From Bacilli bacterium (lineage in GTDB: Bacteria; Bacillota_I; Bacilli_A; RF39; UBA660), in assembly GCA_017512495.1 (NCBI GenBank), contig JAFWGF010000009.1, forward strand, positions 1 through 58,718: a stretch of 58,718 nt of DNA. Reading direction: 5' to 3'. Positions 26,072 through 36,949 of the stretch are shown here, piece by piece (positions within the stretch are counted from its first letter, which is position 1; every line of letters starts with the position of its first letter). The translations under genes were made by a program, and so were the position numbers. The notes beneath the pieces were generated by a model. The model saw only the letters and a program-made list of their open reading frames with translations. It did not search any database and was not told the DNA's origin.

Positions 26072-27074
26072 ATTTTTTTTGCTTTAAAATAAAATTATAA
26101 GAATCTCGCAACATATCTTCTAAGCCTAATTCAGCTTTCCATCCCAACTCTTTTAATGCTTTTGATGGATCAGCATAACAACTAGCTATATCCCCAGGAC
26201 GTCTATCTACTATTTTATATGGTACTTTTACACCATTTACTTTTTCAAAATTCTTAACCAAATCTAGAACACTATATCCTTTTCCAGTTCCTAAATTATA
26301 ATAGAATAAGCCTTCATCTTTCATAGCCTTCTTTAAAGCACTGATATGTCCTTTAGCTAAATCAACCACATGAATATAATCCCTTACTCCGGTACCATCT
26401 GGAGTATCATAGTCATCTCCAAAAATACTTAATATTTCTAATTCGCCACTAGCTACTCTAACAATATATGGCATTAAATTATTAGGAATACCATTAGGTT
26501 TCTCACCAATTAATCCCGACTTATGGGCACCAATAGGATTAAAATAACGTAAGATTATTGCCGTAAAAGTTGGATTAGCTACATGTATATCAGCTAATAT
26601 TCTTTCAATCATTAGCTTTGTAGTTCCATATGGATTAGTAGTACCACCTACCTTACATTCCTCAGTAATTGGTAAAACTTCTGGATCTCCATAAACAGTT
26701 GCACTTGATGAAAAAATAAATTTATTACAATTATGTTCTAACATCTTTTTACACAAATGAAGTGTAGAAACCAAATTATTTTCATAATACATAATTGGTT
26801 CTCTTACTGATTCACCCACTGCTTTATATCCGGCAAAATGCATGACAGCGCCAATTTCTTCTTCACTAAAGATTTTTTCAAGAACATCTAAATCACAAAC
26901 ATCAGCTTCATATAATTTAACTTCTTTTCCAGTAATTTCTTTTATTTTATCTAATACTTCAAGACTGGAATTAGATAAATTATCAATAATTACAACTTCA
27001 TAATTATCTTCAAGTAATTCAACAACTGTATGACTTCCAATAAAACCTAAGCCACCTGTTACTAATATTTTCAT
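26070..27074 (-). CDS. galE: UDP-glucose 4-epimerase
   Basis: [10 protein letters not shown]; FSSSATVYG; YGTTK; [10 protein letters not shown]. Confidence 0.97.
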   Translation of the reverse strand: MKILVTGGLGFIGSHTVVELLEDNYEVVIIDNLSNSSLEVLDKIKEITGKEVKLYEADVCDLDVLEKIFSEEEIGAVMHFAGYKAVGESVREPIMYYENNLVSTLHLCKKMLEHNCNKFIFSSSATVYGDPEVLPITEECKVGGTTNPYGTTKLMIERILADIHVANPTFTAIILRYFNPIGAHKSGLIGEKPNGIPNNLMPYIVRVASGELEILSIFGDDYDTPDGTGVRDYIHVVDLAKGHISALKKAMKDEGLFYYNLGTGKGYSVLDLVKNFEKVNGVKVPYKIVDRRPGDIASCYADPSKALKELGWKAELGLEDMLRDSYNFILKQKK

Positions 27075-27622
27075 TCTGTTCCTCCAAACATATCATTATA
27101 TTCTGAAAAAACATACAACATTTCTCTTCCGATATTCTTATCCATTGTACCTTCATCAATATTTTTTTGTAAGAACTCATCAAAAGTAGCAAAATTCACA
27201 TAAAATAAATTAAAATCTGTTTCAAGTTCTAATTCATCATATCTAGCTTCTGCTATATTTGGCTCTTCATCAGAAAAAAATCTATAATAGTAAATACTAC
27301 TTAATACTTTTTTTCCAGTACCAAAATAATCATGATCATAAGTAACAATAGACATAAATGGTCCTTCTGTCACTTCTAAATCTATTCCTGTTTCTTCTTT
27401 TATTTCTCTAATTATACATTGATCTGTAGTTTCATTTTCTTCTTTATGACCACCCGGTAGCTGATAAGTATTATTATTATGAGCAAGTAATATTTTACCC
27501 TTTGAATTAAAAATAAGAGCTTTTACTCTAACTACTTCTCTATCCATATCTGTTTCTTTTAAATTTTTATCATTAATTATTATCTGTTTCATTTTAACAT
27601 CCTTTACAAGTATCTTTCCCAA
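27071..27622 (-). CDS. NUDIX hydrolase (likely start 27590)
   Basis: [25 protein letters not shown]. Confidence 0.9.
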   Translation of the reverse strand: MGKILVKDVKMKQIIINDKNLKETDMDREVVRVKALIFNSKGKILLAHNNNTYQLPGGHKEENETTDQCIIREIKEETGIDLEVTEGPFMSIVTYDHDYFGTGKKVLSSIYYYRFFSDEEPNIAEARYDELELETDFNLFYVNFATFDEFLQKNIDEGTMDKNIGREMLYVFSEYNDMFGGTE

Positions 27623-28698
27623 TATTCAGTAACATTAGGGGCAATTGTGGATAATACAAGATCCATAGTATCAGCCATTAATTTCGCTTTTCTCCAAACA
27701 GTATTTCCATTATTTAAACAACTAGCTTTACTAGGTGCCATCATATACTCAAATGTAGAGGCACGATCTTCAGCAGCATCTGTTTGAGCATAATTATTTA
27801 CAAATGGTGCTGAAGGAGAAAATGTATTACTATACGATAAATTTCCATCAATGATTCCCCATCCAGCAAATTCTGGAGGATTTAAACTATCCCAGCTATT
27901 AAAATTAGCACCTTTCTTAAATAAATATCTTTCAATATAATGATATGACTCATGATAGAAAGATTCTCCAAAATCATGAGCTGCTGAAATAGAAATAATA
28001 GCATTACTGTAGCTTGAATCTGTAACTCCGGTAATGGTATTATCAGCATATCTTTCAACTAACATAACAGTTAAAGGTATACCACCATTTTTTATTTCTC
28101 TAAACAAACCTCTAGGATATAAATTTAAAGTATTTTTTAATTGATTTAATTGGTTATTAACAACATTGCCATCGCCAATTGGATAAGTTGCTATTCCTGA
28201 TACAGAATATCCAGCAGTTTCTCCACCATATCTTACATTAATATCATAAGTATTTTGAATTTCAATTCTAAGCTGATTATTAATATCATCAATAGTTGGA
28301 GCTGGCGCTGGAGTTGGTGTTGGGACTGGATCCTGTTTCTTATTATCAGGAGTTATAACAGGATTATTATTGGCATTATTATTACTATTATTATTTGTCT
28401 TTCCAGTATTATTACTTTTTCCGGTACTATTACTACCACTATTAGTATTTGTAGCACTATTACTATCTTTACTAGTAGTTTTATCACCTTTATTTTCAAT
28501 TGGTTTTTCACTATCAGAAGTATCAATATGTACTGTACTACCATTTGAATCAGATGGAGCTACAACATCTTTAATTGGATCTATAAATTTATGATCTTCT
28601 TGATAATCTAAGAAAAAACCATATCCAAGCAAAACAAAAGAGATAGCAAAGAGGATTCTTGCAAAATAAGAACTTTTGTTAAGATGCTTCTTATTCAT
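27604..28698 (-). CDS. Membrane-anchored putative zinc metallopeptidase with N/S/T-rich and PT linker
   Basis: N-terminal TM; HESYH (HExxH); YAQTDAAEDRASTF. Confidence 0.75.
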   Translation of the reverse strand: MNKKHLNKSSYFARILFAISFVLLGYGFFLDYQEDHKFIDPIKDVVAPSDSNGSTVHIDTSDSEKPIENKGDKTTSKDSNSATNTNSGSNSTGKSNNTGKTNNNSNNNANNNPVITPDNKKQDPVPTPTPAPAPTIDDINNQLRIEIQNTYDINVRYGGETAGYSVSGIATYPIGDGNVVNNQLNQLKNTLNLYPRGLFREIKNGGIPLTVMLVERYADNTITGVTDSSYSNAIISISAAHDFGESFYHESYHYIERYLFKKGANFNSWDSLNPPEFAGWGIIDGNLSYSNTFSPSAPFVNNYAQTDAAEDRASTFEYMMAPSKASCLNNGNTVWRKAKLMADTMDLVLSTIAPNVTEYWERYL

Positions 28699-28737
28699 AT
28701 ATTTTCTCCTCTCTATCTCTTTAAATTTTTATTTATA

Positions 28738-29859
28738 TTAAGCTACTTTTTGTGATAATTGACTTGCGCTTATAGCTTTTGAGTATTGCTCAGCTTTTTC
28801 CATTTCTCCATTTGCAGCTGCTTTCCTCATTTCTTCCATCATTTGTTCAATATCAGTTTCATTAGATGGTGTTGGGACAGCTTCTGTTGCTGGAGCTGCA
28901 TTTACAGTAGGTATTTCTACCGCCGGATTAGCATTTACCGTTGCTTGTAAAGCTTCTTGTTGTGGTAAAGACTCTTTAGCATTTTCTACTTGAATTTTAC
29001 TTGCTAGAACGCCTCTATCATTTTCAGAATATTCCTTTACAGCAATCACATCATTAGTAGCTGGAGCAACATTTTCTGTTGCTGACAATTGATCAGGACT
29101 ATCTACTGATTCGGTAGGAGTTAATGGTTCTTGTGGAAGAGCATTTTCATTTATTTGAGGTATCGCTACAGATTGTGGAGCCTCTTCAACCACTGGTGCT
29201 TCTGCAATTACTTCTTGTGGAGTTTCCTCAACAACTGGAGCTTCTGCAACTACTTCTTGTGAAGTTTCATCAACCACTGGTGCTTCTGCAACTACTTCCT
29301 GTGAAGTTTCCTCAACCACTGGAGCTTCTGCAACTACTTCTTGTGGAGTTTCTTCTACTACTGGTGTTTCAGTAATTACTTCTTCTGATAATGCTTCTTC
29401 TAAATCATCCTGTAAATCTTCTCCATCAAATGGAGGAACTTCAACTACCTCCTCTGAATCTTCAACCACTGGCGTTTCTGCTGGCTGTTCTTCTATTGCT
29501 TCTGCAACAGGTTCTACAGCTTCCTCAACTTCTGATTCAATGCTTGATTCTATTTCTGAGCTTTCTTCTACAGGTGTGTTTTCAATTTGTTCTTCTGCTT
29601 GAGCAGTATTTTCAGCAAACATACTATTTTCCATGACACCAATTTTATTCAAATTATCAGAAAGAGTATCTATTGCCTTAGGAATATCATTTAAAGCATC
29701 CCAAATCTTTCTTGCTTCTTCTTTCTTATCTTCATCTAAAGAATCAATTAGATTATCTATAAATGCTTTTTTTCTATCTTCTATTGAATTTTCTAAATCT
29801 TTTAAACTATTCATAACTTCGTTTTCCATTAAACACACCACCTTTTTAAGCATTTGCAA
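28738..29859 (-). CDS. Acidic disordered repeat protein (likely start 29829)
   Basis: E/P/V/A-rich with 14-aa repeats; helical termini. Confidence 0.8.
   Translation of the reverse strand: MQMLKKVVCLMENEVMNSLKDLENSIEDRKKAFIDNLIDSLDEDKKEEARKIWDALNDIPKAIDTLSDNLNKIGVMENSMFAENTAQAEEQIENTPVEESSEIESSIESEVEEAVEPVAEAIEEQPAETPVVEDSEEVVEVPPFDGEDLQDDLEEALSEEVITETPVVEETPQEVVAEAPVVEETSQEVVAEAPVVDETSQEVVAEAPVVEETPQEVIAEAPVVEEAPQSVAIPQINENALPQEPLTPTESVDSPDQLSATENVAPATNDVIAVKEYSENDRGVLASKIQVENAKESLPQQEALQATVNANPAVEIPTVNAAPATEAVPTPSNETDIEQMMEEMRKAAANGEMEKAEQYSKAISASQLSQKVA
29184..29385. repeat. 42-bp coding tandem repeat, about 5 imperfect copies
   Basis: Encodes EAPVVEET(P/S)QEV(V/I)A repeats. Confidence 0.9.
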
Positions 29860-30121
29860 TCTTTTTCAATAAAGCTTGAACAGATTGCCATTCTTCATCA
29901 CTTTCGATTAAATTCATTTTTATTAAGTTTCCTTCTTTTTCAATTCTGGTGATATAAAGTATTTCATCATCTTCAGCACCTACTTTTTCACCCTTAGAAT
30001 ATACCATATAAGAGGTTCTATTATCATCACTAATTAAATATGTAATAAGTTCAACTTCAGAGTCTTCACCATTACTATTTCTAATTGTAATCATTCTTTT
30101 TTCTTCCTTCATAATAAACAC
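29846..30121 (-). CDS. DUF1292 family protein (second paralog)
   Basis: NGEDSEVELITYL...YMVYSK...IESDEEWQSV. Confidence 0.8.
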   Translation of the reverse strand: MFIMKEEKRMITIRNSNGEDSEVELITYLISDDNRTSYMVYSKGEKVGAEDDEILYITRIEKEGNLIKMNLIESDEEWQSVQALLKKIANA

Positions 30122-30169
30122 CCTCTATCCTAATATATATTATACAAAATTTTTCAAGATAAGTAAACT

Positions 30170-31384
30170 TTATTTAAATTGAAACATTAACCATTCTGGC
30201 TTAAATAATAACAATATACCAACTACAAGCATTATTATTCCACCAATAAGATGTGAATACTTATTATATTTTGTTGAAATACCAGTAATTTTCATAGTAA
30301 ACATAGCTATAAAGAATACCACTAAATCATCAAGTAAAAAGAACAATATATATAGTAAAGTATATGTAAACCTCATGAATGAACTAGTATTGTTTAATGC
30401 TAATAACTCCGTAAATACTAATGGTAAACCAGCAGAACAAGCTAGTTCTACTAGATTGACTGATATAGCTAATCCAATTACTCCTATTAAAGCTATTATT
30501 AAACTCTTTTCACTAGTAAATTTTCTAATCTTTTTAAAGATTGTTTTTCTCTTCTTATCATCTACTACTTCACAACCACTACTATCTTTACTTTTAATAT
30601 AACTACGAAGATTAATAATTGCTCCTACTAAAGCAATAATTCCAATAATATTTCTAATCCAAATAACAGATGTCATTTTAACAGCTATTTGTAGCCATGA
30701 TAGCATTATCAACATATAAACCAATGCCGATGTTATTAAGAATGTAAGTCCTATAATCCACATTCTTTTACGATCTTTCATACCAATTAAAACACTTAAT
30801 AAGAATAATAATATCCACATAGCACAAGGATTAAATCCATCTACTAATCCTATTACTCCAGCAGCAGTATATAAAGAAACATTTTTAAGATTAACTTTTC
30901 CAATGACTGGTAATTTAATAGTTAATTCTTTATCTTTTTTCTTTTCTTCTTTATCAAAGTCATCTTTTTTTTCTTCTTTAACGAACGTACCATTCTTAAT
31001 TCTTTCTACTTGGTCAACATAATCATTTTCAATATAATACTCAATTGCATCTTTAATTCTAACATCTGTTCCTGTACCATAACCTTTAATTACAGTATCA
31101 CCTATAACAGTAGTTGGTACACCACTTCTTTTAATTTCAAATGCTTCTTCCACTTTAGTTAATAAATCAGCATTTTCTTCGTTATACCAAACTTCATATT
31201 TAACTACTTTTAATTCATCATAATCATTATAAATACTATCTAAATACTTTATTTCTTCTGCACAATGAGGGCATCCATCACCATGAAATAAATATAAAGT
31301 AACTTCTTTTTCTTTAGCATTTATAGTTATAGGTAATAAAACAACAGCTAAAAATATAATTAAATAATTAATTATTTTCTTCAT
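30170..31384 (-). CDS. Exported thioredoxin domain fused to a DsbD/CcdA-like transmembrane redox domain
   Basis: Signal peptide; CPHC; GVP; DGFNPCAMW and VELACSAGLP TM cysteines. Confidence 0.85.
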   Translation of the reverse strand: MKKIINYLIIFLAVVLLPITINAKEKEVTLYLFHGDGCPHCAEEIKYLDSIYNDYDELKVVKYEVWYNEENADLLTKVEEAFEIKRSGVPTTVIGDTVIKGYGTGTDVRIKDAIEYYIENDYVDQVERIKNGTFVKEEKKDDFDKEEKKKDKELTIKLPVIGKVNLKNVSLYTAAGVIGLVDGFNPCAMWILLFLLSVLIGMKDRKRMWIIGLTFLITSALVYMLIMLSWLQIAVKMTSVIWIRNIIGIIALVGAIINLRSYIKSKDSSGCEVVDDKKRKTIFKKIRKFTSEKSLIIALIGVIGLAISVNLVELACSAGLPLVFTELLALNNTSSFMRFTYTLLYILFFLLDDLVVFFIAMFTMKITGISTKYNKYSHLIGGIIMLVVGILLLFKPEWLMFQFK

Positions 31385-31646
31385 TTATAATCCCTACTTC
31401 TATCATTTTATTTAATAATTCATCATAACTAAATTCTCCAATAAGGCGATCTACTTCCTTATCTTCATCTAAAAAAATAAATACTGGTAAAACTTCCCCC
31501 GGAGAATATTTTTTTACTTCTTCTTCATCCATATCATAATCTAATTCTTGATAATCAAACTGATAGTTATTCTTTAACTTAGTCCAAGTCTTATTCATAA
31601 CTAAACAGCCTCCACACCAGATTGCACCTATTTTTATTACTTTCAT
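31368..31646 (-). CDS. Thioredoxin-family protein
   Basis: WCGGC; VLPVFIF. Confidence 0.88.
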   Translation of the reverse strand: MKVIKIGAIWCGGCLVMNKTWTKLKNNYQFDYQELDYDMDEEEVKKYSPGEVLPVFIFLDEDKEVDRLIGEFSYDELLNKMIEVGIINEENN

Positions 31647-31648
31647 AA

Positions 31649-32833
31649 TTATCTCCTAAAACTTAATTTATCAATAGCTTCTTTTAAAGCATCAACAAAT
31701 ATATCTATTTCTTCTTTAGTAGTTAAAAATGATAAACTAACTCTCATACTACTACTAGATTTTTCTTTATCATGAGTTAAGGCATAAACTGCTTTAGAGT
31801 AATCTCCTACGGAACAAGCTGTTTGAGTAGATATATAAATATCTTTTTCTTCTAAAGCATGTAACATTACTTCACTCTTAATATTTTTTAAACTTATATT
31901 TACCATATTAGGAAGACAATTATCGTTACTATTAATATAAACATCTACATCTTTTAACTTATCTATCAAGTAATCATGAACTTCTTTAACTTTTTTACAT
32001 TTATTATCAAAGTCTTCATAAACTAATCGTAATGCTTTAGCAAAAGAGGCTATTAATGGAGTAGCTGGTGTTCCACTACGAAAGATAGTTGTACTCTTAC
32101 CACCATGAATTAATGGTTCAATTATAATATTATCTTTTTTAATTAAAGCTCCTATTCCCTTCATACCATAAAACTTTTGACAAGAAATACTAGCTAAATC
32201 AACATAACTCAAATCTAACTTTTCTTTACCAATACTTTGAGTTATATCACTATGAAAAATAGTTTTACTATTCTTACTTTTAATAACATCTCTTAATTCT
32301 TTTAAGTTTTGTTTTACACCAACTTCACTATTTACTGAAGAAATAGTAACAAGTACTGTATCATCTCTAATTAATCTAATTAAATCATCTAAATCTACTT
32401 TACCATTCTCATCTAAAGAAACAAAATCAACTTCATAGCCTAAAGTAGTTAAATAATTTAATGGTGCAACAATTGATGAATGTTCTAACTCAGTAGTAAT
32501 AATATGTTTTCCCCTATTAGCATACTTAAAACATACACCTTTAATGGCTGTATTATTAGATTCACTAGCTCCACTAGTATAAATAATTTCACTAGGTTTT
32601 ACTCCTAAAATATTAGCAATTTGCTCTGTACTAGCATCTATTAATTTCTTAGCTTCAACGCCTATTTTATGTAAAGAATTAGGATTACCAACAAATTGTT
32701 TAGTTACTTTTACATAAGTATCTAGTACTTCATCATTTACAGGTGTAGTTGCACTATAATCTAAATAAACCATATCATCACTCTCATTTCTCTCTATAAT
32801 TATAACAAAAATTAGTAAAAAAGAAAAACACAA
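31649..32833 (-). CDS. Cysteine desulfurase, IscS/NifS family (likely start 32773)
   Basis: VYLDYSATT; GNPNSLH; SCQKFYG (PLP Lys); TQTACS. Confidence 0.93.
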   Translation of the reverse strand: MCFSFLLIFVIIIERNESDDMVYLDYSATTPVNDEVLDTYVKVTKQFVGNPNSLHKIGVEAKKLIDASTEQIANILGVKPSEIIYTSGASESNNTAIKGVCFKYANRGKHIITTELEHSSIVAPLNYLTTLGYEVDFVSLDENGKVDLDDLIRLIRDDTVLVTISSVNSEVGVKQNLKELRDVIKSKNSKTIFHSDITQSIGKEKLDLSYVDLASISCQKFYGMKGIGALIKKDNIIIEPLIHGGKSTTIFRSGTPATPLIASFAKALRLVYEDFDNKCKKVKEVHDYLIDKLKDVDVYINSNDNCLPNMVNISLKNIKSEVMLHALEEKDIYISTQTACSVGDYSKAVYALTHDKEKSSSSMRVSLSFLTTKEEIDIFVDALKEAIDKLSFRR

Positions 32834-32834
32834 A

Positions 32835-33104
32835 TTACTTATTTGTGTTTTGATAATAATCTCTTTCTGAAATACTAGTAGAAATATCTTCTAAGTCTTC
32901 ATCAACTATATCTAATTCAGCGATTACATTTTCAATCTCAAAGATAATTTCTTTTAAACTAGAACATTTTTTATATGGAATTTTATATCTTTCTAGTATT
33001 TCTATCTCTTTATTAGTAAGTAAAATACCTTTTCCTATATCATTAAATTTACCACTATTAAAATCAATATTATTTACTAAATCTCCAATATTATAATCTT
33101 TCAT
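32835..33104 (-). CDS. Hypothetical protein
   Basis: 89-aa ORF coupled to the upstream gene (TAATG). Confidence 0.75.
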   Translation of the reverse strand: MKDYNIGDLVNNIDFNSGKFNDIGKGILLTNKEIEILERYKIPYKKCSSLKEIIFEIENVIAELDIVDEDLEDISTSISERDYYQNTNK

Positions 33105-33625
33105 TATTTACAATTATACCCATTATTTTTAAGTCTAGTCATTAATTCTCCATCTGTATAATGATCTCCTACAGATAAAGTTATAACTTCACTACTTTTA
33201 GTATTAGAATTAATTTTAATTTGTAAATCATCATTAGCAATAAAATCAATATTATCTAGTAACAGTATTTCATCTTTATCTACTTCAATATCAACAATAA
33301 TACGATCTTCACCAACAGTGTATTTTACTTTCTTACCTAAATAACCCAATGTATTTGACAAAGCATTTTTAACAGCAGTTAAGTAACGATCATCTTTTAA
33401 ATACCTTTCAGGTAAAACTATCGCTTTAGTTAATTTCATACTGTTTATTTCTTTACCATCAGTTATTGCAATAAGCTTTTCAGTCAAACGAATATCACCA
33501 TCAAATAATTTTGTCTTTTCACAAGTAACTTCTGATTGTTCGATAGTTACAAATAAATATACTATTATTGCGATAATAATAAATGTTAAAACTATCGGAA
33601 AAGTCATGTTTTTTCTAGTGTTCAT
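33104..33625 (-). CDS. Hypothetical membrane-anchored protein
   Basis: GAGGTG SD; N-terminal TM; Cys near both ends of the extracellular part. Confidence 0.8.
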   Translation of the reverse strand: MNTRKNMTFPIVLTFIIIAIIVYLFVTIEQSEVTCEKTKLFDGDIRLTEKLIAITDGKEINSMKLTKAIVLPERYLKDDRYLTAVKNALSNTLGYLGKKVKYTVGEDRIIVDIEVDKDEILLLDNIDFIANDDLQIKINSNTKSSEVITLSVGDHYTDGELMTRLKNNGYNCK

Positions 33626-33656
33626 AAACTCACCTCTAAATTATTATAACATAAAT

Positions 33657-34499
33657 TTAACGTATTTTTAAACCACACTTACTACAAAAATTACTATTCA
33701 TAACATTATTACCACACAATGGACAAAAATTAATATTATGATTTGTTTTTACTTCCACTAAGCCATTATTATTAACAATATTTCCCTCAGCAAGATTTGT
33801 ACTTAAGTTCTGTTGAACTTTAGAAACTCTATTAACAGTAATAAAACAGATAACAACCATGATTATATCAAATATAAAGAAATATAATACTACATCTCCT
33901 GTTTGAACTTGAGTAAACCAAATTAATAAAGCATCATACATAGTGTGAAATACTGTTGGGACTAATATACTTAGTATTTTATTTGTAGTACACTTAGATT
34001 TATTATTATTTATACCTGCGACTTTTGCTTTTGAAAAATAATAACCCATTAAAACTGCAAAGCAAGCATGTCCTGGAACCGATAAGATTGCACGTAAAAT
34101 TGCTACTCCCATTCCACCTTTTAATACGTATAAGATATTTTCAATAGCAGCAAAACCTAAAGAAGTAAAAACAGAATAAACAATAATATCATATATTTCA
34201 TCAAATTCTTGATTATCATAAGATTTAAATTTTATTATTAACCATTTTAAACCTTCTTCTATTATTGCTATTCCCATAAAAACATTAATAAATAAAACTA
34301 TAAAAGAAACAGCAGATTCACTAGGAAATATTGAATCTAAAAATCTTTCAATAAAGGCTGCTGGTATAGTAGTAAGAGCGCCTAATCCTAATAATTTAAA
34401 CAATAAATCTGCTGGTTCACGATGTTGATCCTTCTTATAAACATAGTAACACAGAGCTATAACAGGCAAAATTGCTGCAATTAAAACACTATCACTCAT
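33657..34499 (-). CDS. PrsW-family intramembrane protease with C-terminal zinc ribbon
   Basis: IEEGLK; GFAAIEN; VPGHA; FHTMYD; CPLC...CSKC. Confidence 0.92.
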   Translation of the reverse strand: MSDSVLIAAILPVIALCYYVYKKDQHREPADLLFKLLGLGALTTIPAAFIERFLDSIFPSESAVSFIVLFINVFMGIAIIEEGLKWLIIKFKSYDNQEFDEIYDIIVYSVFTSLGFAAIENILYVLKGGMGVAILRAILSVPGHACFAVLMGYYFSKAKVAGINNNKSKCTTNKILSILVPTVFHTMYDALLIWFTQVQTGDVVLYFFIFDIIMVVICFITVNRVSKVQQNLSTNLAEGNIVNNNGLVEVKTNHNINFCPLCGNNVMNSNFCSKCGLKIR

Positions 34500-34502
34500 A
34501 AA

Positions 34503-36848
34503 TTACTCCTTTACTTCCCATTGCCAATTTTTTACAAATGTCATATCCTCTCCATTTTCAGCAATATATTTTTTATGTCTATCCAACATAGCTTCACACC
34601 AGTCAATTAAAACTTTACTAGATTTTTTATATCTAGGTATTTCTTTTAATACCGCTTCTACTAGATGAAATCTATCAATTTCATTCTGAACACGAATATC
34701 AAAGGTAGTAGTAATTGTTCCCTCTTCTTTATAACCATGAACATGTAAATTACGATTAGTTCTTTTATAAGTTAATTGATGAATCAAAGATGGATACCCA
34801 TGAAAATTAAAGATAATTGGTTTGTCCTTAGTAAATATTTTATCATATTCTTCATCACTCATACCATGGGGATGAGTATCAGGACTTTGTAATTTCATCA
34901 AATCAACAACATTTACTACACGTATTTTTATGTCTTCAACACTTTTTCTTAAAATATCTACTGCTGCTAATACCTCTAAAGTAGGTGTTTCTCCAGCACA
35001 GGCAAGCACCACATCAGGATTACCATTATCATTACTAGCAAAATCCCAAACGCTTAATCCTTTAGTACAATGTATTTTAGCTTCTTCCTTAGTAAGCCAC
35101 TGAGGCCTTGGATGCTTAGAAGCTATTATAACATTAACATAATTTTTTGATTTAATACAATGATCAAAACATGATAATAAACAATTAGTATCTGGAGGTA
35201 AATACATTCTTACTACATCAGCTTTTTTTGTTACTAAATGATTTAAAAAGCCTGGATCCTGATGAGTATAACCATTATGATCTTGTTGAAAAACATGACT
35301 AACTAGTAAGAAATTAAGTGAAGCAATTGGTTGCCTCCATGAAATATCATTAGATACTTTTAACCATTTAGCATGTTGACTAGCCATTGAATCAACAATT
35401 CTAATAAAAGCTTCATAACTATGAATAAATCCATGTCTACCAGTTAGAATATATCCTTCTAACATACCTTCACATAGATGCTCTGATAAATATGAATCCA
35501 TTACTCTACCATCTTCTGCTAAAAATTCATCTGTTTTATAAGTACGATAATTCCATGTACGATTAGTAGCTTCAAAAACATGATTAAATCTATTTGATAA
35601 AGCTTCATCAGGTCCAAATATTCTAAAGTTCTTATTATCTTTATTTAGTTTAAATACATCTCTTATATATTCTCCTAAAGTCATTGTATCCTGATTAACT
35701 ACACTTCCACGAGTTTTAATGTCTAAGCAATAATTCTCCCAAATAGGTGTATTTAATTCTTTTAATAATAAACCTCCATTAGCAAAACTACTAGTACCCA
35801 TACATTTATTTAGTGGTGGATTTAAATCTCTTAATCTTTTAATTAATTTACCTTCCTTATCAAACAAGTCATCTATTTTATAACTTTTTAACCATTTTTC
35901 TAATAAAGGTAAATTCTTAGGATTATCATAAGATATAGAAATTGGTACTTGATGAGCTCTAAAACTACCTTCTATTTTTTTATCGTCTACTTCTTTAGGA
36001 CCTGTCCAACCTTTAGGAGTAGTTAAAATAATCATTGGATAAGTTCCTTTACCTTCTTTTTTTATTTTAGCAATATCTTTTACTACCTTATCCATTACTT
36101 TAGCCATCTCTTCATGTAATTTATAACTATCACTACCAGTTACAAAATAAGGTTTCCAATCATATCCTAAAAAGAAATGTTCTAATTCCTTATTAGTCAT
36201 ACGTCCAAAAATAGTTGGATTAGCTATCTTATAACCATTACGGTGTAAAATAGGTAAAACTACTCCATCATTTTTCTTATTAAGAAATTTATTAATATGC
36301 CAACTTGTTGCGAGTGGTCCAGTTTCTGCTTCTCCATCACCTACTACACAAGCAGCAATTAAATTTTTATTATCTAAAACAGCTCCAGCTGCATGAGCTA
36401 AACTATATCCTAATTCTCCACCTTCATGAATACTTCCTGGAGTTTCTGGAGCTACATGTGAAGATATTCCTCCTGGAAAAGAGAATTGTTTGCATAACTT
36501 TTTCAAGCCCTCTTCATCCTCAGTTATTTGTGGATAAAATTTAGAATACACACCTTCCAAATAATTATTTGCTACCATAGCTTGTCCCCCATGTCCGGGT
36601 CCAGAAATATAAATCATTTCTAAATTATTCTTTTTTATAATTCTATTAAGATGCATATAAATAAAATTTTGTCCTGGAGTAGTACCCCAATGACCTACTA
36701 CATTTGGTTTTATATCGTTAATAGTTAGTTTTCTTCTTAATAATGGATTATCTAATAAATATAATTGAGCTACACTTAAATAATTTAATACTCTAAAATA
36801 TTCATCCATTGACTTCAATTCATCTTTTGATAAAGTTGCCATATGCAC
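34503..36848 (-). CDS. xfp: Xylulose-5-P/fructose-6-P phosphoketolase
   Basis: GHWGTTPG; HEGGELGY; GDGEAETG; QDHNGYTHQDPG. Confidence 0.97.
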   Translation of the reverse strand: MHMATLSKDELKSMDEYFRVLNYLSVAQLYLLDNPLLRRKLTINDIKPNVVGHWGTTPGQNFIYMHLNRIIKKNNLEMIYISGPGHGGQAMVANNYLEGVYSKFYPQITEDEEGLKKLCKQFSFPGGISSHVAPETPGSIHEGGELGYSLAHAAGAVLDNKNLIAACVVGDGEAETGPLATSWHINKFLNKKNDGVVLPILHRNGYKIANPTIFGRMTNKELEHFFLGYDWKPYFVTGSDSYKLHEEMAKVMDKVVKDIAKIKKEGKGTYPMIILTTPKGWTGPKEVDDKKIEGSFRAHQVPISISYDNPKNLPLLEKWLKSYKIDDLFDKEGKLIKRLRDLNPPLNKCMGTSSFANGGLLLKELNTPIWENYCLDIKTRGSVVNQDTMTLGEYIRDVFKLNKDNKNFRIFGPDEALSNRFNHVFEATNRTWNYRTYKTDEFLAEDGRVMDSYLSEHLCEGMLEGYILTGRHGFIHSYEAFIRIVDSMASQHAKWLKVSNDISWRQPIASLNFLLVSHVFQQDHNGYTHQDPGFLNHLVTKKADVVRMYLPPDTNCLLSCFDHCIKSKNYVNVIIASKHPRPQWLTKEEAKIHCTKGLSVWDFASNDNGNPDVVLACAGETPTLEVLAAVDILRKSVEDIKIRVVNVVDLMKLQSPDTHPHGMSDEEYDKIFTKDKPIIFNFHGYPSLIHQLTYKRTNRNLHVHGYKEEGTITTTFDIRVQNEIDRFHLVEAVLKEIPRYKKSSKVLIDWCEAMLDRHKKYIAENGEDMTFVKNWQWEVKE

Positions 36849-36912
36849 ATCTCCTATTCTTCACAATTATATAATAATTAACAAGAAAAAGAAAGAGTTA
36901 AACTATAAAAAA

Positions 36913-36935
36913 AGAATGCTTACAATAAGCATTCT
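36913..36935 (-). terminator. Terminator after the C1-LRR gene
   Basis: AGAATGCTTA-CAA-TAAGCATTCT plus T run on the minus strand. Confidence 0.75.
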
Positions 36936-36949
36936 AATCATATTAATTT

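Noticed and set aside
29184-29385. Regularly spaced repeats as a possible CRISPR array
   Set aside because: Contiguous 42-bp in-frame coding repeats with no unique spacers and no cas genes.
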